A DNA stretch of 5,641 nt from the NCBI GenBank assembly GCA_018985225.1, contig JADGIF010000639.1:1-5641 (forward strand), given 5' to 3'. The notes under the pieces are model-generated. The model saw only the letters and a program-made list of their open reading frames with translations, did not search any database and was not told the DNA's origin. Source of the DNA: Amoeboradix gromovi X-113 (lineage: Eukaryota; Fungi; Sanchytriomycota). Of this stretch, positions 1-5,641 are shown piece by piece. Made by a program: the position numbers and the translations under genes. Each line of letters begins with the position of its first letter. Positions within the stretch are counted from its first letter, which is position 1.

Positions 1-656
1 CTGTAACGGAGCATCTAGCATTAGTTTCTCTGTGGAAATTCTCGATTTTCTCGGAAATCAGGAATTTTAACGAGGAGCATGCCGATCTATGAAAAAATTT
101 TCGTGCCGAGGTAACTAGAAAACTTAGGAAAAAAATTAATCGGGCATAATTTGATCAAGAATTGGACTTCAAGAATAGAGCTGTGAAATAGCTATGGATT
201 ACAATACTAGATTAAAAAAATTTAACCGCAAACCAGTATTAATAAACAAGTTTATGAAATCACATTTTTGGGAGCAATGTTTTGCGCCTGTTTTAATCTC
301 AACAATTGGGTATCTCAGACACAAGGACGGGTTCCTAATTTTATTAAAAACGCAAAGTTTCAAGCTAACATACGAAATTCATCCTAGGGATTTCTTAGTA
401 CAACTCGTTAATAACTGAGAAAACTCCTCTAGAAAACCCCGATCTTCATTGGACAGTAAAAGTGTGGAGATCCGCTGAGAAAGTATTCAGTATTTGATTG
501 AAAATCCTTGGTATTATAAGGAACCTGACATTTTAAGAGATACTCCAAATATAATAAACATCCTCAAGGGAATATGTGATAACATCGTCAACATGTTTTT
601 TGGCATAGCGCTTGATAGCCATGTCAATTATATTTTAGCAAAATTACGTGCATATA

Positions 657-2311
657 ATGTTTCAGGAAACGATTGATTCACTCTATGAAGATAATCGTCA
701 AAAAGCCCAAGGAATCAAAGACTTATTGACTGTTCTAAAAACAAAGCAGATCATTGTTGATGCTAGTAAGGACAGCGCACTCATTAACGCAATGACCAGA
801 GTTTTAAAAGAAGAGTTTAAAAAGGATTATGATCTTACTTTTAATTTACTCTCAGTCTTTAAAATCTTTAGCATGTTCAGCGAACTGCAATTTGTGGTTA
901 GTGAAAATAAAATCGGAGATGTCACACTTAGAATATTAGAGCAGGAATTAACGAGAATGGAGAAAATCAAAGTGATTCCGAAAGAACCGAAAATTGAACA
1001 ATTAGAAAGAAAAATAACAAAAGTCGTAGATGTATCTTTACAAATACTCTACGACTTAAGCTGCAACTTGAATCTAGAAGTGAAGATGATTTCAAGAGAT
1101 TTATTAAAAGCTCTTAAATATTTTTCAAACGGTAATGGCTGCCTTCCTATTGTAACAAGATGGTTAATTAAGCTTTCTTTGGTTAAAGACAATCATGAAG
1201 AAATAATATCCTGGGATATGAAGTTCTCGTCATTTTTGAATAGCACCAATGAATCAGAGGTCATAGATACATTAATGCTTCTAAATAACTTATATTTATC
1301 TAATTTGTCAAGATTTGAACCGCTGCTTCCGCAAATTAAAAATCTCTATACAATTGGTAGGAAGTCCGTAGTGGACGCTATAAACGGTATAATATACAAC
1401 CTGTTTTTAGCGAAGAATGAAAAGCTACATTCTCAGTTTCATTCTATCATAATTGGTAAGCATTTGGTCGAAAAGCAAGTCGCGGATGAGTATTCCAAAA
1501 TTAATTTGCAAATTGCAATAAAACACTGCTCTTCTGACGTGGTACTCAAAAATTCCAAGTACCTTATAGACTATTGCGAAAAAGCTATGAGGTCTACAGA
1601 CGACTTTCAGTGGGTTTCATTAATAAACTTATCAGAAAATCCTGAGATTGCGAAACAATTAATTACAAGTATTCCAACGTTAATCTCACTACTTCAAAGG
1701 CACTCTAATAGTTCCATGGGTGTCTGTATAACATCTGTTCTGTCCAACTTGTCATATCATGAGCCCAATATATCTAAATTGGTAAAATCGTACCAATTGT
1801 ATATTTTGTTTCCTTCCATTCTAGACAAGTGCCTTAATGACGACCTTGTATCTGACGGCATTAAAGCATATACAGTTGCAATTGTTAGCTGGATAGCTGC
1901 ATTGAGCAGAGATGTAAAAGTTGCAGAACTGTTTTCCAAATCTAATATTCATTTCCAATTAATCATGCTGTTTCAATGCTTTAATAATAACCATGAGTTA
2001 ACCATCTTATCGCATGCACTTTTTCAATTCTTGATGGTTCCCGGCATTCGTCAAGCCATTATAAGTGATGAAAGTTTTTTTAGATTAACGTAGCTGTAGT
2101 AAAACAATTAAGAAAGAACTTATCAAGGAACTGCGCCTTGCTGGAGACCATTAGTCTTAATTGTTTAGAATTGGTTTATGAGAAGAGCTTGAATACCTTG
2201 AAAAGGTTTAGATTTGAATACTTTATATCCTCAAAAATTCAGAGAAATCATAAGAGCGCTGATGAACTTAAAGAGACCAGTGATGTTTATTATAATCTGC
2301 TTCAGCTATGA
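657..2311 (+). CDS. KIFAP3: Kinesin-associated protein 3 (KAP3/KIFAP3) homologue, armadillo-repeat non-motor subunit of kinesin-2; two exons join(657..2073,2094..2311), 544 aa
   Basis: The translation follows the KAP3 core as I recall it from animal sequences: IDSLYED..KAQG (IELLYED..KVRG), ALINAMTRVLKEEFKKDYDLTFNL ([23 protein letters not shown]), FSMFSEL..NKIGDVTLRILEQELTR (FSSFSQF..YKIGALCMNIIDHELKR), LYDLSCNLNLEVKM (LLNLAEDTRTELKM), WLIKLSLVKDN (FLKKLSIFMEN). The first ATG is at 657 with A at -3; the track's start at 648 is GTG. Removing 2074..2093 continues the frame as ...IISDETVVKQLRKNLSRNCALLETISLNCLELVYEKSLNTLKRFRFEYF... to TGA 2309-2311. Confidence 0.88.
2074..2093 (+). other. 20-nt spliceosomal (GT-AG) intron, phase 1, in the KAP3 gene
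   Basis: Sequence GTTTTTTTAGATTAACGTAG. Excision joins A|CT (Thr) and opens a last exon that aligns without gaps to the recalled KAP3 C-terminal helices. In-frame alternatives exist (donor 2065, acceptor 2099, giving 26-35 nt), but they delete 2-5 residues. Confidence 0.8.
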
Positions 2312-2316
2312 ATAAA
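2311..2316 (+). promoter_or_regulatory. Candidate polyadenylation signal AATAAA overlapping the KAP3 stop codon
   Basis: TG[AATAAA]AATAAAA at 2309 onward, followed by very AT-rich sequence. Confidence 0.45.
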
Positions 2317-3542
2317 AATAAAAAATTTAAAATCGCTACTTGTGTATATTATAACAAATCTGCTATATAAAATACAGTAATTCTAAAATTTCGATTTTGA
2401 AATGTGTGTGAATAAAACGTAGAAATCGAACCGTGAATCTTTTAAAGACTTAAGACTTATAATTCATTTCGGCTGAACATATTTGTTAAAATATTAGTTT
2501 ATACTTAATGCGGCGTTTCTCTTTTGTTTCCCATTTACATCTATATTAATTATCATCTTGCGACGAATAAGGGCTATATAGAGACACACAAGTTTGGATT
2601 GATCTTAATTCGCTAATACGGATTAATCAAGATTAATCTGACTACTAGGTAATGGACTCAGGCACGGTATATCTAATAAATGGATTTGTTTTAAACTAAA
2701 CCAAAGTTGCTCATCTCTTTGCATCGTTCTAACGGACCTTCTTGCTCCGCCAACTTTTCTTTTCTTTGAGTAGATTGAGTGTCGCCAACGTATTGTACAC
2801 TCTTCTAAAATCACGAATTTCAGCATATAGATTCTTGTCCTTGACCATCCAAATACTGCAAAAAGAGGCTTCAATTAACTGTTTTTTTGTTTAAATTAAA
2901 ACACCCAGATTAATCCCACATGGATTAGATTGCTCTGATCTCACAGACCTCAGAATAGGACTAGTCTGAACTTGAATGTCTACAAAGTACCCTGCTACTA
3001 TAAAAACAGTTAAGATGATCTTCAAGAGCAAGAAGGATTTTATACATTAAAGAAAATCTTGTCTATGCCACCAGTCTCATCGATTTACTCGCTCTGCAGA
3101 GTTTTATTCAACTGTTTTAAAAATCGAGAAATTAAATGAATTGGGAGCCTCAGGCTATTAGAAGGTTAAAAACTAACTGTAACTTGTCGAATGGACTTGC
3201 CTACAGCTGTGGAAGCTCCTGATTTTTAGAAAACTAGGACCTTAAATGAGACGGCACCAGATTTAAATTCGAAATCTATGATATTTACTGGAAGAAACTT
3301 GGTTTCCATGATACGCTCCTACTGGCTTTTGCATTGCTTGGTATATTTAATACTGCTATGTTGTCATATGGTGCACCCGCCAATTTACAATGAGTTGGGT
3401 CCGTTTGAGAATATAGTTTATTATTCATCGTTTCTAAAAATAATACTAATCATTACAGTCGAAAAATTATTTATGCTAAGTAAATTTTCATTAGGTAATT
3501 ATCTTTATAGACTAACCGATAAGAGCTTAATGTTTACATTAA

Positions 3543-3548
3543 TTTATT
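3543..3548 (-). promoter_or_regulatory. Candidate polyadenylation signal AATAAA overlapping the DES1 stop codon
   Basis: The minus strand reads AAT T[AA TAA A]TT: stop TAA, a second in-frame TAA and AATAAA all overlap. Confidence 0.45.
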
Positions 3549-4671
3549 AATTAGATACCTTTACTCTTCTTCCACTAAAGTGTGCTTCCTCAGTCCTCCC
3601 AAGTCTAGATTGCGGTCCCATATCCTTTTGCATAATAAAGTTGAACAGTACCATTACCCAGGAATCGTGGCTCTTCAGAGGCTCATAAAATTCATTTGCA
3701 ATTTCCTTTACTTTTGGTAAATTAGTCCATGGAACCCTCATAAAATCGTGATGCTCATTACTACATTAATTTCAAGTCTACTGATAACCAACATTAAACC
3801 AGAAAGTGTTCATCCATCCATAGTAGCTGTAAGTCTCTTGACCCGAATCAAAAGTGAAATGTTCCTGAATGAAGTGAGCGGCACCAGGGTGACAGCCGAA
3901 GCCTAAAACTAGACTAAGGACCATATAAACCATTGGCTTCCAGCCAAATAAGGAATACATTAAAATATCATTAACTATACAAAATATCCAATTGATCAAT
4001 TCCCAATTTGTAGGCGTTTTCTGCATTGCAAGACCTCTCAAGACATACCACAATGAATATAATGACATCCAAAGGAACTTGAAAAAGGAATTGCCCTTAA
4101 CAAGATTGTATTCAAAGGAGAGAGGTAAGTCAGGGTCCTTGGTAGTTACACCTTGATATGTGTGATGCATTAAATGATATCTTTTAAATGAAGCAGCAAT
4201 TGGGAAAAATATCACAGAGTTAGCTAGAAATCCGACTAAGCGATTACCGAGAGGGCTTTCATGGGCTAAATTATGGGCACACTCATGAATAGCTAGTCCA
4301 GCGATGCTAGTAACTGTACCACCGACAATATAAGCAAAAACAGCGATAACAAAGTAATTAGGATCATATAACTTTATCAGGTGCATTGCGACTAGTTGAA
4401 CACCTAACAAAATCATGCAATAATACTTGGTAAATTCTGATATACCAAATAGCTTCTCTATTTCTGGATGCTTTTTTAGAATGGCGTGTTTGCGCTTTAA
4501 ATGAGGTTCATCCCAATTATCATTTGCTATACCCTCATCTTTGTAGGGAATAGATCTCTCCCACTCACCTAAGTATACAGGATGGCGCGGGTCAGTTACG
4601 CTTGTTTTTGGAGAAGTAAACGAATCAACTCTCTCCACTCTCTTTCGTAGATTTTCAGAGTTAATGAACAT
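3547..4671 (-). CDS. DES1: Sphingolipid delta-4 desaturase (dihydroceramide desaturase, DES1/DEGS family; C4-hydroxylase activity not excluded); two exons complement(join(3547..3760,3782..4671)), 367 aa
   Basis: N-terminal family motif DEPHLKRKHAILKKHPEIEKLFG; His boxes HECAH (4273-4287), HLMHH (4162-4176) and, after splicing, NVGYHNEHHDF; also DPDLP, HPGAAHFIQEH, QETYSYYG and VPWTNLPKVKEIANEFYEPLKSHDSW; hydrophobic membrane segments. The track's ORFs 3778..4671 and 3547..3741 are two pieces of this one gene. Start context AAAATG, stop TAA at 3547-3549. Confidence 0.96.
3761..3781 (-). other. 21-nt spliceosomal (GT-AG) intron, phase 2, in the DES1 gene
   Basis: The minus strand reads GGT TAT CA|GTAGACTTGAAATTAATGTAG|T AAT GAG CAT CAC GAT TTT. 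Excision restores G-Y-H-N-E-H-H-D-F exactly, so the conserved motif fixes both boundaries. Confidence 0.95.
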
Positions 4672-5008
4672 TTTGCTCCTTTGTTTTCAAACCCGATGTC
4701 CAAAGACACGTACTCTCGGAGCAAACTCTACGAAATCATAAAAATACCTCAATTAAAACCGGAAAAATGAAAATGCCTCTTATTTTAACACCTACAAGCT
4801 CTCTGAAAACTCATTTCCTGTTCATTTTTTCGGTATAAACTCAGAAACAAGCGAAGTGTTTTTACTTACAGCGTGCACAATTTTTTAGTCAAGAAATTTT
4901 CATCATGTGTTGCATATATCAGTGAACTCACTATTCTAAATTGCTTTTTACGACTACGGTTTTCTACCATTATACTTCGTATCCAAAGTCAATATCTTCC
5001 ATCATAAG

Positions 5009-5641
5009 TTATCTATAGACCAGATCGTTAATATCCTCTCCAATTTTGATTCTTCAGAAAAGGATTTTCGTCATTTCCCACATGAAATACCCGAATATCC
5101 AGAAACAGAAATGCACCTTAGAAGATGGATACATCACTAGCTTGACAGTGTATCCCCTCAGTTCTGATGATGCGTCTCGCAGCATATTCATGTATCGTAA
5201 ATGCCACCAAATCAAAACTAACCATACCACTTTGGTGGTTAGGATTAAGGCAGTGAGGTGGTTAGGATTAAGGCAGTGAGGTGGTCCTAATCAGTACTGG
5301 ACATCATTGGCAGTTTCACTAAAGATATGGAAAGTTAAAGGTGTCTGTAGGAGTTCACAGTCCTCAAACTGGGTACCGATAAAGGATATTGGTAAGTTGT
5401 TAGGTTGGATGAGTCTTTTTGATGCCAGATCCTGTTTTCATGCCAAGTAATGACGCGAAGAATAGACTTGGGATCTCTGGATGGCTCCAGCTAGGTCAAT
5501 GAGTCATTTATTAGTGTCTGCATACAAACTAAAGAGCTGCCTGGTCGCCTTTATAGCTGACGGGTATACTGGAGATAATTTGTCAGTAATATCTATCCAT
5601 TTACTGATTTTGCTACTTTCAATGATGAATTTGGTGTTCGG
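5009..5641 (-). pseudogene. Probable decayed coding sequence of unknown family, entering from the right edge
   Basis: The minus frame starting at 5641 (PNTKFIIESSKISKWIDITDKLSPVYPSAIKATRQLFSLYADTNK*LIDLAGAIQRSQ...) runs 210 codons with only four TGA stops (5504-5506, 5438-5440, 5291-5293, 5054-5056) before a TAA at 5009-5011. It is more GC-rich than the intergenic DNA and contains the frameshifting 23-bp duplication. No homology recognised. Confidence 0.35.
5234..5285. repeat. Perfect 23-bp tandem duplication (GGTGGTTAGGATTAAGGCAGTGA x2 + GGTGGT)
   Basis: Identical copies at 5234-5256 and 5257-5279, with a partial third copy at 5280-5285. Confidence 0.95.

Noticed and set aside
111-127. 17-nt intron-like segment GTAACTAGAAAACTTAG
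   Set aside because: Excision gives no meaningful reading frame in any phase; only a UTR intron would remain possible, and nothing supports it.
1757-1939. 60-aa minus-strand ORF
   Set aside because: It is an antisense shadow inside the KAP3 coding exon, with no recognisable motif.
2422-2480. tRNA or B-box-like GGTTCGATT on the minus strand
   Set aside because: No T-stem or acceptor-stem pairing can be built.
2623-2874. 83-aa minus-strand ORF
   Set aside because: It starts at TTG, has no recognisable domain, and lies in a eukaryotic context.
3278-3550. 90-aa plus-strand ORF and the 15-16-nt GT-AG segments within it (3480-3494, 3495-3510)
   Set aside because: The hydrophobic composition is explained by AT-richness, the ORF overlaps the DES1 3' end, the segments lack the TTAAY motif, and no homology is recognised.
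3761-3781. Stop-codon readthrough or an alternative genetic code instead of an intron in DES1
   Set aside because: All three stop codons are in frame, and readthrough would insert 7 residues into the conserved His box. GT-AG excision restores the motif exactly.
4676-4682. Shine-Dalgarno-like AAAGGAG before the DES1 ATG
   Set aside because: The locus is eukaryotic (spliceosomal introns, KAP3), so the match is coincidental.
5046-5279. 77-aa plus-strand ORF
   Set aside because: It starts at TTG, runs through the tandem duplication and has no recognisable domain.
5234-5285. CRISPR array
   Set aside because: The copies are directly adjacent with no spacers, and the context is eukaryotic.
179-5641. 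Genome-wide TGA=Trp or TAR=Gln recoding, suggested by the TGA-only broken frames
   Set aside because: The two secure genes (about 910 codons) contain no internal TGA, TAA or TAG in their exons, all 15 Trp codons are TGG, and the genes end in TGA and TAA.

Overview
AT-rich eukaryotic genomic DNA in the standard genetic code, with two convergent protein genes. Each is split by an ultra-short GT-AG intron that the ORF track misses. (1) + strand: a divergent kinesin-associated protein 3 (KAP3/KIFAP3) homologue, join(657..2073,2094..2311), 544 aa, with a 20-nt intron. (2) - strand: a sphingolipid delta-4 desaturase (DES1/DEGS family), complement(join(3547..3760,3782..4671)), 367 aa, whose 21-nt intron splits the first His codon of the third histidine box. 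Both introns end in ATTAAYGTAG, suggesting a branch point fused to the 3' splice site, and both introduce in-frame stops if retained. Both genes have AATAAA overlapping the stop codon. The flanks hold two long frames broken only by TGA (probable gene relics), a 23-bp tandem duplication and several imperfect inverted repeats. The organism cannot be identified from this window; a compact-genome, ancestrally flagellated microbial eukaryote such as an early-diverging fungus is an inference.
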